Positions 12,158 through 24,100 of a stretch of 64,000 nucleotides of DNA are shown here, piece by piece. The position numbers were made by a program, and so were the translations under genes. Numbering within the stretch: position 1 is the first letter of the stretch; every line of letters begins with the position of its first letter. The notes beneath the pieces are model-generated. The model had not been told where the DNA came from, searched no databases, and saw only the letters and a list, made by a program, of their open reading frames with translations. Source of the DNA: Obrimoposthia wandeli (lineage: Eukaryota); assembly GCA_977020255.1 (NCBI GenBank), contig CDROCS010000253.1:1922001-1986000 (forward strand). The letters are read 5' to 3'.

Positions 12158-12922
12158 GTGGATTTAGCTACGTTAATTGGTATTTTAGGTGCCATTGGTT
12201 TATTGGTTATGGCTATGTTATTAGCTGGTGACATCATGATGTTTGTTGATGCTCAATCAGTAATCATAGTATTTGGTGGTTCAATTTTTGTTGTGTTATC
12301 AAATTATAATATGGGCCAGTTTTTTGGTATTGGAAAAATTATTGGCAAAGCCTTTATGTTCAAACTAGAAAAGCCAGAAGAATTAATTGAAAAAGCGGTA
12401 GATATGGCTGATGCGGCGCGTAAAGGTGGTTTTTTAGCCTTAGAAGAAGCTGAAATCACTAATCCTTTTATGCAAAAGGGGGTTGATATGCTTGTTGATG
12501 GCCATGATGCCGATGTGGTACGTGCTACCATGCAAAAAGATATTGATCTCACGACAGAACGCCATGAAACCGGTGCTAAAATGTTGATGGCGCTTGCCGA
12601 TGTAGCACCTGCAATGGGTATGATTGGCACGCTTATCGGTCTGGTTGCGATGTTATCCAATATGGATGATCCTAAATCTATTGGTCCAGCAATGGCGGTT
12701 GCCTTATTAACAACGCTATACGGCGCCTTTTTAGCTAACGTTATTGCTATTCCCATTGCGGCAAAATTAGAATTACGTTTAGCTGAAGAGAAAATGAATC
12801 AAGAATTAGTGCTTGATGCTGTGCTTGGTATTCAAGACGGTCAAAATCCCCGTGTGATCGAAGGCTTATTAAAAAATTATTTAGCTGAAGGTAAAAGAAA
12901 AGTTGATACAACTGAAGAGTAG
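12158..12922 (+). CDS. pomA: Na+-driven flagellar stator subunit PomA
   Basis: MDLATLIG start, ARKGGFLALEE, APAMGMIGTLIGLV, ALLTTLYG. Canonical xseB/pomAB/thiI context. Confidence 0.95.
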   Translation: MDLATLIGILGAIGLLVMAMLLAGDIMMFVDAQSVIIVFGGSIFVVLSNYNMGQFFGIGKIIGKAFMFKLEKPEELIEKAVDMADAARKGGFLALEEAEITNPFMQKGVDMLVDGHDADVVRATMQKDIDLTTERHETGAKMLMALADVAPAMGMIGTLIGLVAMLSNMDDPKSIGPAMAVALLTTLYGAFLANVIAIPIAAKLELRLAEEKMNQELVLDAVLGIQDGQNPRVIEGLLKNYLAEGKRKVDTTEE

Positions 12923-12951
12923 CGGGAATAGAATTATGTTAAGAGGTACAA

Positions 12952-13893
12952 ATGGCTGAACAGTGTAAATGTCCACCACCTGGGCTACCAGCATGGATGG
13001 GAACATTCGCCGATCTCATGTCTTTATTGATGTGTTTTTTCGTTTTACTTTTATCATTCTCTGAAATGGATGTTTTAAAGTTCAAGCAAATAGCCGGTTC
13101 AATGAAGTTTGCTTTTGGTGTGCAAAATAAAATTGAAGTAAAAGATATTCCCAAAGGGACGAGTATTATTGCGCAAGAGTTCCGTCCAGGAAAGCCTGAG
13201 CCAACGCCTATTGAGGTCATTCAACAACAAACCATGGAGATGACCCAACAAATGTTAGAGTTTCAAGCGGGTGATGAAACGTCTGCAGGTGGTCGACAAG
13301 AGCAACGTGGTACTGAACGTGGTGGTCAATCTCAAAATACCGAAGATGCGCTTTCACAACAGGCGTTGGACCAAGCTAAACAAGATATGGAGGAAGCGGC
13401 TCAAGAACAAGTAAACGATTTAGTGAAGAAAATAGCTGAGCAGTTAGAGCAACAAATTCAAGATGGTGCGGTAGAACTAGAGTCTTTGGGTCAACAAGTC
13501 ATCATTCGAATAAGAGAGAATGGTTCTTTTCCTTCAGGATCTGCTTTTTTACAGCCTAAATTCTGGCCAGTAATTCGTGAAATTGGTGAGTTATTGAATA
13601 CCGTGCCGGGTGAAATAATGGTCTCTGGTAATACTGATAATCGCGGCGTTAATTCTGAATTGTTTAGTTCTAACTGGGATCTTTCGAGTAAACGTGCTGT
13701 CGCAATAGCGCATCAGTTGATTAAAGTACCTAATTTTGACCCTACACGTTTAGTCGTTGCGGGTCATGCAGATACTCGACCTTTAGTACCAAATACTAAT
13801 GCGCTTAATCGTCGTCGTAATCGTCGTGTTGAGATAGCGATTAACCAAGGTAAAGCCAAAGAAACTGAGCGAATTGGTATCACTAAAGAATAA
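12952..13893 (+). CDS. pomB: Flagellar stator subunit PomB
   Basis: WMGTFADLMSLLMCFFVLL with the conserved Asp, OmpA-like C-terminal domain (NWDLSSKRA, NRRVEI). Confidence 0.95.
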   Translation: MAEQCKCPPPGLPAWMGTFADLMSLLMCFFVLLLSFSEMDVLKFKQIAGSMKFAFGVQNKIEVKDIPKGTSIIAQEFRPGKPEPTPIEVIQQQTMEMTQQMLEFQAGDETSAGGRQEQRGTERGGQSQNTEDALSQQALDQAKQDMEEAAQEQVNDLVKKIAEQLEQQIQDGAVELESLGQQVIIRIRENGSFPSGSAFLQPKFWPVIREIGELLNTVPGEIMVSGNTDNRGVNSELFSSNWDLSSKRAVAIAHQLIKVPNFDPTRLVVAGHADTRPLVPNTNALNRRRNRRVEIAINQGKAKETERIGITKE

Positions 13894-14023
13894 AAAGTTA
13901 GCTTGTTTAAAATCATTAAGTGACGCTACAAGGATGTAGCTTATTAAACAATGCCTAAGTATATTCTCCTGAGTAACTATATAGCATTTTTTCGCTTTGT
14001 TATCTTTAAAATTAGCCTAAAGC

Positions 14024-15224
14024 CACGGCAAGATCATTATAAATTGAATTAATGTTGTAGCTGTGATCAAATCAATGCCTAACAAAGCATTGGTTTCCCA
14101 GTATGAGTACTACTTTTTTAAAACATTTTGAATCAATAACTGATCCACGTATTGAGCGTTGTAAAAAACATAACTTACTCGATATCCTTTTACTGGCTAT
14201 CAGTGCCGTATTATCTGGCGCACAAGGCTGGGAAGATATTGAGGACTTTGGTCACTTGAAGCTTGATTGGCTGAGAAAATATCGCGATTTTGAGGCGGGT
14301 ATTCCCAAGCACGATACTATTGCCAGAGTTATCTGTCGCTTAAAGGCAGACGAGATAGAACATGCCTTTCAGTCATGGATATCTTCTCTTGTCAAAGTCA
14401 CAGGATGCGATGTCATTGCGATTGATGGCAAAACAGCTAGACGCTCTTTTACGACGAAAGATAGAAAGAATGCACTTCATACAGTCTTGAAACATCAATT
14501 AGTCAAACGGCTGTCAGTGAAAAAGTAATGAAATAACCGCTATTCCTGAGTTATTGAGCATGCTAGATATTGAAAATAGTATCATTACCCTTGATGCTAT
14601 GGGATGTCAAAAAGCAATCGCTGAGCAAATCATTAAACAGAAAGCGGATTATGTACTTGCACTTAAAGGTAATCATTCTGGCATGCAGGCAGAGTTAGAA
14701 GCTTGGTGGCATAAAAGCCAGCGAGAAGGTGTATCAGAAAGTACATTTGAAAAACATACCGAAATTAGCACAGGTCATGGTCGTATAGAAACGAGAACGT
14801 GTCATCAATTATTGGTTGATAAAGGCTGGTTAGCTAAAGCTTATCAATGGACCGGATTAAGAAGTGTTATTAAAATTAATGCACAAATCCACGATAAATC
14901 AACAGGTAAAGATACAGAGGAAACCCGTTGGTTTATCAGCTCTTTAGGCTTAAATGCAGAGCAAGCATTAAACGCTGTACGCAATCATTGGCAAGTTGAG
15001 AGTATGCATTGGGTCCTTGATATGACCTTTAGGGAAGATGAATCTCGTATAAGGAAAAAGCAAGGACCATTGGTTTTTAATGTGATGAGAAAAATAGCGA
15101 TGGCGCTATTTAAACGAGATGAAACAAAGTCAGTAAGTATGGCGAGGAAAAAGAAGATGGCAGGGTTAGACGATGAATATCGCTCAACCCTGTTAGAATC
15201 AGGGATTAAAATGCGCTAGCCGTG
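14024..15224 (+). mobile_element. ISAs1-family insertion sequence, 1201 bp, with inactivated transposase
   Basis: Imperfect TIRs CACGGCAAGATCATT (left) and CACGGCTAGCGCATT (right, reverse complement). Exact 10-bp direct repeat AGCCTAAAGC at 14014-14023 and 15225-15234. Confidence 0.92.
14103..15219 (+). pseudogene. ISAs1/H-repeat DDE transposase split into two ORFs (14103-14528, 14554-15219)
   Basis: DPR..C.KH.L.DIL, IAIDGK, ITLDAMGCQK, DYVLALKGN, GHGRIETR, HWQVESMHWVLD..F.ED. Lesions at about 14485-14525. Confidence 0.9.
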
Positions 15225-15321
15225 AGCCTAAAGCAGAGACTAAAACGAAAGCTCAACAGACCCTCAAAAAATAGTGTACAATCCGCGCCATTATTTTTTT
15301 GTCTTTTTTAGGTTATAACCG

Positions 15322-16776
15322 ATGAAATTTATCGTAAAGCTTCAATCCGAGATCACTATTAAATCTCGCCCCGTCCGTAAACGTTTCACTAAAATTTTAG
15401 AAACGAACATTAAAAATGTTTTACGTCGTATTGACGAGCAAGTCACGTCACGTATGAACTGGGACAATATTGAAGTTAATACCAAAGACAATTCCCCTGA
15501 AAACCGCGAACGCTTAGTCGAAGCCCTCAAGTGTATTCCAGGCATACCTATTTTTTTAGAAGTACAACAAACTGACTTTATTGATGTTCATGATATTTAT
15601 GAAAAAACATTAGCTGTTCACGCCAGTAGTATTGAAAATAAGACTTTTTGCGTACGGGCTAAGCGTACTGGTACTCATGATTTTAATTCACTAAAAGTAG
15701 AGCAGTATGTAGGTGGTGGCTTAAATCAAGCAGTAGAAAGCGCCAAAGTTAAATTAAAAAATCCGGATGTGACCATACGTCTTGAAATTAAAAATAAAGA
15801 CTTATTTATTGTTACCCAGCGTCATATAGGTTTAGGTGGCTTCCCAATTGCGACCCAAGAAGATGTATTATCGCTTATGTCTGGTGGTTTTGACTCCGGT
15901 GTATCAAGTTACCAAATGATTAAAAAAGGTTCTCGTACTCATTATTGTTTCTTTAACCTAGGTGGCTCTGCTCACGAAGTGGGTGTTAAGCAAATAAGCT
16001 ATTACTTGTGGAATAAATTTGGTGCCTCACATAAAGTTAAATTCTTTGCTGTTGATTTCGAACCTGTTGTCGCTGAAATATTAGATAATGTTGAAAATAG
16101 CCATATGGGTGTTGTGTTAAAACGAATGATGATACGTGCCGCTACTAAAATAGCAGAACGAGGTAAAATTCAAGCACTTGTTACAGGAGAGAGTTTAGGT
16201 CAGGTTTCAAGCCAAACCTTAACTAACTTAAACGTTATTAATCGTGTCACTGATACACTGATATTACGTCCATTAGGCGCTTACGATAAACAAGATATTA
16301 TTGATATCGCTCGCAAAATCGGCACTGAAGAGTTTTCTAAAACCATTCCTGAATATTGTGGCGTTATTTCGAAAAAACCAACCGTGAAAGCGGTACTTTC
16401 TAAAGTTGAAGAAGAAGAAGGCAACTTCAATTTTGATATTTTAGATAAGGTTATTAGTGAGACTCGCGTATTTGATATTCGTGATATTGGTAAAGAAACT
16501 GAAGAAGAAATTCGTGCAGTAGATCTTGTTGAAAATATCCCTGATAATTCGATTGTTATTGACATTCGTAGCCCTGATGAAGAAGAAGATAAGCCATTAG
16601 AATTAGCTGATGTAGAAGTTAAACACATCCCTTTTTACAAGCTATCTACTCAGTTTGGTGACTTAGATATGACGAAAGAATACTTGTTATATTGTGACCA
16701 TGGTGTAATGAGTAAACTTCAAGCATTGTATTTACTTGATAATGGTTTCAAAAATGTAAAAGTGTATCGTCCTTAA
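15322..16776 (+). CDS. thiI: tRNA 4-thiouridine synthase ThiI with C-terminal rhodanese domain
   Basis: THUMP domain, PP-loop [30 protein letters not shown], rhodanese LLYCDHG. Confidence 0.97.
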   Translation: MKFIVKLQSEITIKSRPVRKRFTKILETNIKNVLRRIDEQVTSRMNWDNIEVNTKDNSPENRERLVEALKCIPGIPIFLEVQQTDFIDVHDIYEKTLAVHASSIENKTFCVRAKRTGTHDFNSLKVEQYVGGGLNQAVESAKVKLKNPDVTIRLEIKNKDLFIVTQRHIGLGGFPIATQEDVLSLMSGGFDSGVSSYQMIKKGSRTHYCFFNLGGSAHEVGVKQISYYLWNKFGASHKVKFFAVDFEPVVAEILDNVENSHMGVVLKRMMIRAATKIAERGKIQALVTGESLGQVSSQTLTNLNVINRVTDTLILRPLGAYDKQDIIDIARKIGTEEFSKTIPEYCGVISKKPTVKAVLSKVEEEEGNFNFDILDKVISETRVFDIRDIGKETEEEIRAVDLVENIPDNSIVIDIRSPDEEEDKPLELADVEVKHIPFYKLSTQFGDLDMTKEYLLYCDHGVMSKLQALYLLDNGFKNVKVYRP

Positions 16777-16811
16777 CTTTTACATTGTATTTTTAGAGCT
16801 AATTTCTAACG

Positions 16812-17789
16812 TTAACTTTTAGAGTTAAGGTTACGTACCTGTTGCCATAGTCGAGTATTTTCGGGTGTGGCAACATTATTTTTCTTACCTAAACGGTGAA
16901 TATAACCGTTAATGTAATCAATTTCTGTTGATCTTCCCGCCAAAACATCACTACGCATCGAAGAGCTATTTTTAGCTGTTGCTAGCGCTACTTTATGTAC
17001 TACTACTTGTAAGTCATTAAAGCCTAAATCTATATTTTCAGTTTTGCTGACCTTGGTGATTTCAGTTAATAACGCATCGATTTGTTTAGTAAACCGTGGC
17101 TCATTTACCTTGCCATTTTCAATATTATTGATCGAAGTAATCGGATTTATTACACAATTTATTGCCAGCTTTAGCCATTGTTTGTTGACAATATCTTGAT
17201 GAAAGGTTGCTTGAGGCAGGGCACAGTTTAGTTGATTGGTGAGTTGTGCTTGTTGGGCTAAGCTAAGCTCTCCTGAAAGTAGTCCTATATCCGTTTGACC
17301 TAAACCTGTATGGGTAATAGCTAATGGTGCATTTCGTAAACAGCCATGAGTTGTTAACATCGCGAGTATAACTTGCTGACGGGGTAATAATTTAGCCACA
17401 TCTTCAAAGGTGCCCATGCCATTATGAGCAAGAATAATTATACAATGAAGACTTATATCTTTAGCTATTTTCTTCACAGCAGTGGCTACATTAAATGATT
17501 TTAGGCATAAAATAATTACATCAGCTGACTCTATATCAACTGTTTGACTATAAGTTACAGGGTAAGTTTTTACGTGCTCTTGCAGGTAGGCTGTAAACTG
17601 GTAGCTAGTCGTCTTTAGCTCATTTTTACTCAGCAAATCTTGATTAGAGGCAAGCAAGCTAACGTTCTTGGTTATAGTCACGTTTGTGGGAACGCTATTT
17701 GAAATATTCTCTTGAGATAAGTGATGGTACCAAAGTAGCCCCATTGCTCCTTGCCCAACGACAACAATATTATTTAATCTATTAGTCAT
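16812..17789 (-). CDS. panE: 2-dehydropantoate 2-reductase (ApbA/PanE)
   Basis: GQGAMG Rossmann motif, LKS, HNGMG, WLKLAINCVINP, NSSSM..D...GR.TEIDYING. Confidence 0.92.
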   Translation of the reverse strand: MTNRLNNIVVVGQGAMGLLWYHHLSQENISNSVPTNVTITKNVSLLASNQDLLSKNELKTTSYQFTAYLQEHVKTYPVTYSQTVDIESADVIILCLKSFNVATAVKKIAKDISLHCIIILAHNGMGTFEDVAKLLPRQQVILAMLTTHGCLRNAPLAITHTGLGQTDIGLLSGELSLAQQAQLTNQLNCALPQATFHQDIVNKQWLKLAINCVINPITSINNIENGKVNEPRFTKQIDALLTEITKVSKTENIDLGFNDLQVVVHKVALATAKNSSSMRSDVLAGRSTEIDYINGYIHRLGKKNNVATPENTRLWQQVRNLNSKS

Positions 17790-17843
17790 GTGTTTATTAT
17801 TTACCCTTTAATTAACTTAGTAGCAGGGAATGCCTGTTTTCAA

Positions 17844-18221
17844 CTACAGATGCTTAGCTCTGCTTTTTCGAAAAAAAGTCAGGTAAAGCCATTTTACTAA
17901 CACGAATAAACTAATGCCAACAGCATCAGCGATAAAGTCACCGAATTGACCACTTCTATAACCCAAAAAGGATTGACCAATTTCTGTCAACGCCCCATAA
18001 AAAATGAGTAATGGCACAGAAAGATAAAGTGATAACTTTATAATAGAGTGACTAACCCAAGTTAGAATGAAAAAGCTAGTTAAGTGGCCTATGGTATCAA
18101 TTTCAGGAAATTGAAATATACGTTTTCGTAAAGTGTCAGATAAAAATTCATGTGCGAAAAGCAATAGTACCGATACGACAATTACGGTAATAAGAAAGTA
18201 ATAATGTTGGCGAGCTTTCAC
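17844..18221 (-). CDS. VanZ-family small membrane protein
   Basis: DTIGHLTSF, YGALTEIGQ..LGYR.G..GDF.ADA.G. Usual panE neighbour. GTG start. Confidence 0.82.
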   Translation of the reverse strand: MKARQHYYFLITVIVVSVLLLFAHEFLSDTLRKRIFQFPEIDTIGHLTSFFILTWVSHSIIKLSLYLSVPLLIFYGALTEIGQSFLGYRSGQFGDFIADAVGISLFVLVKWLYLTFFRKSRAKHL

Positions 18222-18325
18222 AAATAATCTGCAATTAAATAAGGAGTTTACTCGATATTAGCACGATTAATTCAGTATTTCTTGTGAGGCGTTTCTGGTA
18301 GCTATTGTGCGTTGAGTTGCAATAG

Positions 18326-18368
18326 TTCAAGCACTCTGAAACGTGCATCTTGATTGGTAACGGGTATA
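18326..18368 (-). repeat. Terminal fragment of TATACCCG-ended MITE
   Basis: Reverse complement TATACCCGTTACCAATCAAGATGCACGTTTCAGAGTGCTTGA closely matches the left end of the 38503 element. Confidence 0.8.
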
Positions 18369-18425
18369 ATAGTGAGCATTGAGTTAATTCAACCTACAGC
18401 TAAACCTACAGAAGAGAAATAAATT

Positions 18426-18908
18426 ATGCCATCAATGGATATCGTATCAGAAACTGATTTGGAAGAAGTAAGAAATGCTGTCGACAACGCTAATCGTGAA
18501 ATTACTACCCGATTTGATTTTCGTGGTGTTGAAGCAAGCTTTGAATGGAAAAAACCTAATATTATCCTTAAAGCTGAAGGTGATTTTCAATTAAAGCAAA
18601 TGTGCGACCTGTTAAGAAGCCAATTAGCTAAGCGTAATGTTGATGCAAAAGCAATGGCGGTTGGAGATGCAAGTGCCTCAGGTAGAAATTGGAGTCAGCA
18701 AGTAACGTTTAAAGAAGGTATAGAGCAAGATATGGCTAAGCAATTAGTGAAGCTTATCAAAGGCGAAAAACTGAAAGTACAAGCTGCAATTCAAGGTGAA
18801 CAAGTTCGTGTAACAGGTAAAAAACGTGATGAATTACAAGCGGTAATGCAATTAGTGCGTACTGCTGAGCTAGAACAGTCGTTTCAGTTTACTAACTTTA
18901 AAGATTAG
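18426..18908 (+). CDS. yajQ: YajQ-family nucleotide/c-di-GMP-binding protein
   Basis: [45 protein letters not shown]. Confidence 0.96.
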   Translation: MPSMDIVSETDLEEVRNAVDNANREITTRFDFRGVEASFEWKKPNIILKAEGDFQLKQMCDLLRSQLAKRNVDAKAMAVGDASASGRNWSQQVTFKEGIEQDMAKQLVKLIKGEKLKVQAAIQGEQVRVTGKKRDELQAVMQLVRTAELEQSFQFTNFKD

Positions 18909-18939
18909 CGCTTACGGCAAATAAATTGTAATTTCCAAT

Positions 18940-18971
18940 AAAAAAACCATAACCTTAGTTATGGTTTTTTT
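18940..18971 (+). terminator. Terminator after yajQ
   Basis: AAAAAAACCATAAC-ctta-GTTATGGTTTTTTT. Confidence 0.78.
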
Positions 18972-19170
18972 ATGCCTGTTAAAGACTTAGCCATTGTTCA
19001 AATATTATTTAATTACTGCGTCTACAACTTAAATGGTTCCTAAACTCTGAAATAAACATCTTGATTGGTCACTAATATATAAGTTTAAAAACTTTCTTAA
19101 TAATTGATCTCAAGTCTTTAAGTGAAGCGTATTGTAAGTTTTAAATAAAATAATAATCTAAGGAAAACAC

Positions 19171-19935
19171 ATGAAGTATCTGGCCCTTTTCTGGATCGTG
19201 GCATTACTTAGTACTAATGCACGGGCTGAAGGAACAAGAGGAGAGGTGAGAGAACGTATCGAGCCAAAAGGGTTTCTGTATGGTTTAGGTTTAGGTGTTA
19301 ACCAAGAAATATATAGTGGTTATGATTATCGAGTTATCCCTTTGCCTATTATAGGTTATCGAGGTGATAATTTTCGCGTTTTAGGCCCCTTCGTTAGTTA
19401 TGATGCTTTTTCGTTTTCAGAGTTTGAATTGGCTTTACAAGTTGCCCCTCGATTTCAAGGTTTTGATGAGTCAGACAGTTTTATATTTAAAAATATGCAA
19501 GAAAGAAAGTTTTCTATGGATGTTGGCTTAGGACTTTCTTATGAAAAAAATGATTGGAAAGTAGGTCTTTCAAGTATGTTCGATGTACTTGGCAGATCTA
19601 AAGGTTATGAAGCTAAAGCTAACATCTCGCGTGTGTTTCGAAAAGGCCCATTGTTCTTTGAACCGAGTTTAAGTGTTAGTTATTTAGACAGTAACCATGT
19701 TGATTATTATTATGGTGTAAAGGTCAACGAAACTAATGAATTTACATCACAATACCTTGGGCAATCGGCGCTAAATACGACCTTTTCTTTATCCTTAGCC
19801 ACACCCGTTTTTTTTGGGGGCTTTACCCGTGTTGTTGTTGATTATACTTGGTATGATTCTGCAATAACAAATAGCCCATTAGTTGAAGATGAAAGTAATA
19901 TAAGCGCTCGTTTTCTCTTTAGTAAGTTTTTTTAA
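19171..19935 (+). CDS. MipA/OmpV-family outer-membrane protein
   Basis: Signal peptide, PLPIIGYRG, Y..SN.VDYYYGV motif, C-terminal Phe. Confidence 0.85.
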   Translation: MKYLALFWIVALLSTNARAEGTRGEVRERIEPKGFLYGLGLGVNQEIYSGYDYRVIPLPIIGYRGDNFRVLGPFVSYDAFSFSEFELALQVAPRFQGFDESDSFIFKNMQERKFSMDVGLGLSYEKNDWKVGLSSMFDVLGRSKGYEAKANISRVFRKGPLFFEPSLSVSYLDSNHVDYYYGVKVNETNEFTSQYLGQSALNTTFSLSLATPVFFGGFTRVVVDYTWYDSAITNSPLVEDESNISARFLFSKFF

Positions 19936-20051
19936 ATATGCATTGGACTTATGCACGATTGATGTTTTCTAATAGAGAGCTAAATCTACCCTTAAGTCTT
20001 ATATTACAAGGCTATTAGCTCGATTGATGACTTAAACAATAAAAACAGTAT

Positions 20052-20075
20052 AGACGTCTATACGTTTAGATGTTG
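20052..20075. promoter_or_regulatory. Three tandem Met boxes (MetJ operator) upstream of metA-metH
   Basis: AGACGTCT (8/8), ATACGTTT (6/8) and AGATGTTG (5/8) in 8-bp register. TTGACA at 20073-20078 overlaps the third box. Confidence 0.88.
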
Positions 20076-20143
20076 ACATACCTAGCAATCTAAGTAACAG
20101 TGTAACTCTTAATTATTATGTGTATTTTTTGTTAGGTAGCGTC

Positions 20144-21091
20144 ATGCCCATTAAAATTCCCGATCAATTACCAGCGTTATCAATTTTAGATAATGAAAAT
20201 ATTTTTGTTATGTCTGAGAACCGAGCAGCATCTCAAGAAATTCGTCCAATGCAAGTCGCTATTCTCAACTTAATGCCGAATAAAATTGAAACTGAAGTGC
20301 AGATATTGCGCATGCTGTCTAATACGCCGTTACAGATAAATATTGAATTTATTCGTATACATAAAAACGTCTCCAAAAATACGCCAGAAGAGCATCTAGA
20401 AAATTTTTACCATTTGTTTGACGATATCAAACACAAACAATACGATGGTCTAATTATCACAGGTGCTCCGCTAGCTTTACTTGATTATTCGCAAGTAAAT
20501 TTTTGGGATAAAATTTGTGAAGTATTTGATTGGGCGGAAAAAAATGTAACTTCAACTATGTTCTCATGTTGGGCTGCTCATGCCGCGCTATATCACCACT
20601 ACGGTCTTAATCGTCATTTGCGTAAAGAAAAACTTTCTGGTGTGTTTAAACATAAACCGCTTGATGATAAAGAGCCATTAACGAGAGGTTTTGATGAAAA
20701 TTTTAATGTGCCACATTCTCGTTATGGTTACATTGATAAATCAGATTATGAAAGTCTTTCAGATATACAAATATTGGCTGAATCTGAGGATGCAGGGGTG
20801 TATTTAGCTGCCAGTAAAAACAAACAGCAAGTGTATTTAACGGGTCATCCTGAATACGATGCAAGCACATTGCATGAAGAATATTTACGCGATAGTAGTA
20901 AAAGTGCTGACACCACTTTACCCAAAAATTATTACCAAGATGATGATGCTAGCAAGTCGCCGGTTGGCTCATGGCGTAGTCATGGTAGTTTGCTCTATAC
21001 TAATTGGCTTAACTACTATGTTTATCAAATGACGCCATACCAATTAGATGCCTCAAATATTAGAGCTATTCACCCTGATACCGTTATTTAA
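20144..21091 (+). CDS. metA: Homoserine O-succinyltransferase
   Basis: MPIKIPDQLPA start (ATG 20144), LNLMPNKIETE, FSCWAAHAALY, PHSRY, GHPEYD, WLNYYVYQ. Confidence 0.97.
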   Translation: MPIKIPDQLPALSILDNENIFVMSENRAASQEIRPMQVAILNLMPNKIETEVQILRMLSNTPLQINIEFIRIHKNVSKNTPEEHLENFYHLFDDIKHKQYDGLIITGAPLALLDYSQVNFWDKICEVFDWAEKNVTSTMFSCWAAHAALYHHYGLNRHLRKEKLSGVFKHKPLDDKEPLTRGFDENFNVPHSRYGYIDKSDYESLSDIQILAESEDAGVYLAASKNKQQVYLTGHPEYDASTLHEEYLRDSSKSADTTLPKNYYQDDDASKSPVGSWRSHGSLLYTNWLNYYVYQMTPYQLDASNIRAIHPDTVI

Positions 21092-21186
21092 TTTCTCACT
21101 GAAATACCAGCTAATATTAGTTAGCTGGTCATTATTATTTATCTTAGTCAGTTATTAAATAACTTTCAAAACTGCGGAAAAAGAAC

Positions 21187-24100
21187 ATGAAAAAACATCC
21201 ATCTTTTGCTTTATTCGAACAGCAACTCGCTAAAAATATTCTCATTCTTGATGGTGCTATGGGCACTATGATTCAAGCGTATAAGTTTGAAGAACAAGAC
21301 TTTAGAGCAGAACGTTTTGCTGATTGGCATACCGATGTTAAAGGCAATAATGATATGTTAGTGCTTACTCAGCCTGAAATCATTAAAGCGATTCATCTTG
21401 AGTACCTCGAAGCAGGCGCTGATATTCTTGAAACCAACACCTTTAATGCGACTACGATTGCCATGGCCGATTACGACATGCAAGAGTATAGCGCTGAGAT
21501 TAATCGTGTTGCTGCTCAAATAGCCCGAGAAGCGGCTGACGAGTACACTAAAAAGAACCCAGATCGCCCGCGTTTTGTTGCTGGTGTTTTAGGGCCAACT
21601 AACCGTACTTGTTCAATTTCGCCCGATGTAAACGATCCTGCCTATCGTAACGTTACCTTTGATGAATTAAAAGATGCTTATATTGAATCTACTTTAGCTT
21701 TGATTGAAGGAGGTAGTGACATTATTTTAATCGAAACTATTTTCGATACCTTAAATGCTAAAGCGGCAGTATTTGCGGTAGAAACTGTTTTTGACCAATT
21801 AGGTGAGCGTTTACCTGTAATGATTTCAGGGACTATTACTGATGCCTCAGGACGTACTTTATCAGGACAAACTACCGAAGCTTTTTACAATTCACTACGT
21901 CATGCAAAGCCAGTTTCCTTTGGTCTTAACTGTGCGTTAGGCCCGGTTGAATTACGCCAGTATGTTGCAGAATTAAGCCGTATCTGTGATACCGCTGTTT
22001 CTGCCCATCCTAATGCGGGTTTACCCAATGCCTTCGGTGAGTATGATTTCACCGTTGAAGACATGAACACCCATGTAGAAGAATGGGCTTCGTCAGGCTT
22101 TTTAAATATTATTGGTGGTTGTTGTGGTACCACGCCTGATCACATAAGAGGCATGGCTGACTCGGTTGCACATATAAAACCGCGTAAAGTTGAAAAACGT
22201 GAAATTGCCTGTCGCTTATCTGGTTTAGAAGCATTAACCATTAACAAAGATAGCTTGTTTGTTAACGTGGGTGAACGTACAAATGTTACCGGCTCTGCTA
22301 TGTTTAAGCGCTTAATTGTTGAAGAAGATTATGATAAAGCTATTTCTGTCGCTTTACAGCAAGTAGAGAACGGCGCGCAGATTATTGATATCAACATGGA
22401 TGAAGGTATGTTGGACTCAAAAACCGCCATGGTGCGCTTTTTGAACCTGATTGCTGGCGAGCCAGATATTGCTAAAGTTCCAATCATGATTGACTCCTCT
22501 AAGTGGGACATCATTGAAGCGGGCCTAAAATGTATTCAAGGTAAAGGTATTGTTAATTCTATCAGCCTAAAAGAAGGTGAAGAGAACTTCCGTCAGCAAG
22601 CTGAATTACTTCGTCGTTATGGCGCAGCAGTTATTGTTATGGCTTTTGATGAAGATGGACAAGCTGATACACGTAAGCGTAAGTATGAAATTTGTCATCG
22701 TGCTTATCATATGCTTGTTGATGAAATTGGCTACCCGCCAGAAGATATTATTTTTGATCCCAATATTTTCGCTGTCGCTACGGGTATTGAAGAGCACAAT
22801 AATTACGCAGTCGATTTTATTGAAGCAGTTGATGATATTAAGAAAAACTTACCTTATGCGATGATCTCGGGTGGTGTATCTAACGTTTCTTTCTCATTTA
22901 GAGGAAACAACCCCGTTCGTGAAGCAATTCATGCGGTGTTTTTATACTACGCCATTAAAAATGGCATGGACATGGGTATTGTTAATGCCGGCCAGTTAGC
23001 TATTTATTCAGACTTACCTGCAAATCTAAAACAAGCGGTAGAAGACGTTATTAGCAATAGTGATGACGGTGCGACTGAACGTTTACTGGATATTGCCCAA
23101 GAATTTCATGGTAAAGCTGGCGGACAAGTCTCAAAGACCGATTTAACTTGGCGAGAATTACCGATTAACGCGCGTTTATCTCATGCGTTAGTTAAAGGTA
23201 TTAATGAATTTATCGTTGAAGATACCGAAGAAGCGCGTTTAGCGGCAGAGAAACCATTAGATGTCATTGAAGGGCCATTGATGGATGGCATGAATACCGT
23301 CGGTGATTTATTTGGTGCGGGTGAAATGTTTTTACCACAGGTAGTCAAATCAGCACGGGTAATGAAACAAGCGGTTGCTTATTTAAACCCTTACATCGAA
23401 GAGGGAAAAACTGAAATAAGTACCAACGGTAAAGTATTGCTCGCGACGGTAAAAGGCGATGTACACGATATCGGAAAAAACATTGTTGGCGTAGTACTGC
23501 AATGTAATAACTATGAAATTATAGATCTTGGTGTGATGGTTTCTTGTGATGATATTTTGCGCGTAGCCAAAGAAGAAAGCGTTGATATTATTGGTTTATC
23601 AGGCTTAATTACGCCATCGCTTGATGAAATGGTCTATGTTGCTAAAGAAATGAAACGTACAGGTGTAAAACTGCCTTTATTAATTGGTGGTGCAACTACG
23701 TCAAAAGCCCATACGGCGGTAAAAATTGAACCGCAATATGATGAACCGGTAGTTTATGTGTCGAACGCCTCTCGCGCGGTATCTGTAGTAAGTAATTTAT
23801 TATCAAGTGAACATAAAGCAAAGTTCTTTGCCAGTACCCAAGAAGAATATGAACGCGTACGTGTTCGCCATTATAAAAAAGGTCCGCGTTCAAGTTTAAT
23901 AAGCCTTGAAGCTGCGCGTGCTAACGCCACCAAAATTAATTTTGAAGATTACAGACCGAAAAAACCTAACAAACTGGGTGTAACTGTTCTTGATAATATC
24001 GATTTGAACGAAGTGAGAAAATATATCGATTGGACGCCATTTTTCATGACATGGCAAATGTCTGGCAAGTATCCGCTTATTTTAAAACATGAAGTGATTG

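Noticed and set aside
14500-14560. Programmed -1 frameshift joining the two ISAs1 ORFs at G-AAA-AAG
   Set aside because: The second ORF is in the +1 frame, the run has only five As, and an upstream segment is also out of frame. Mutation explains it better.
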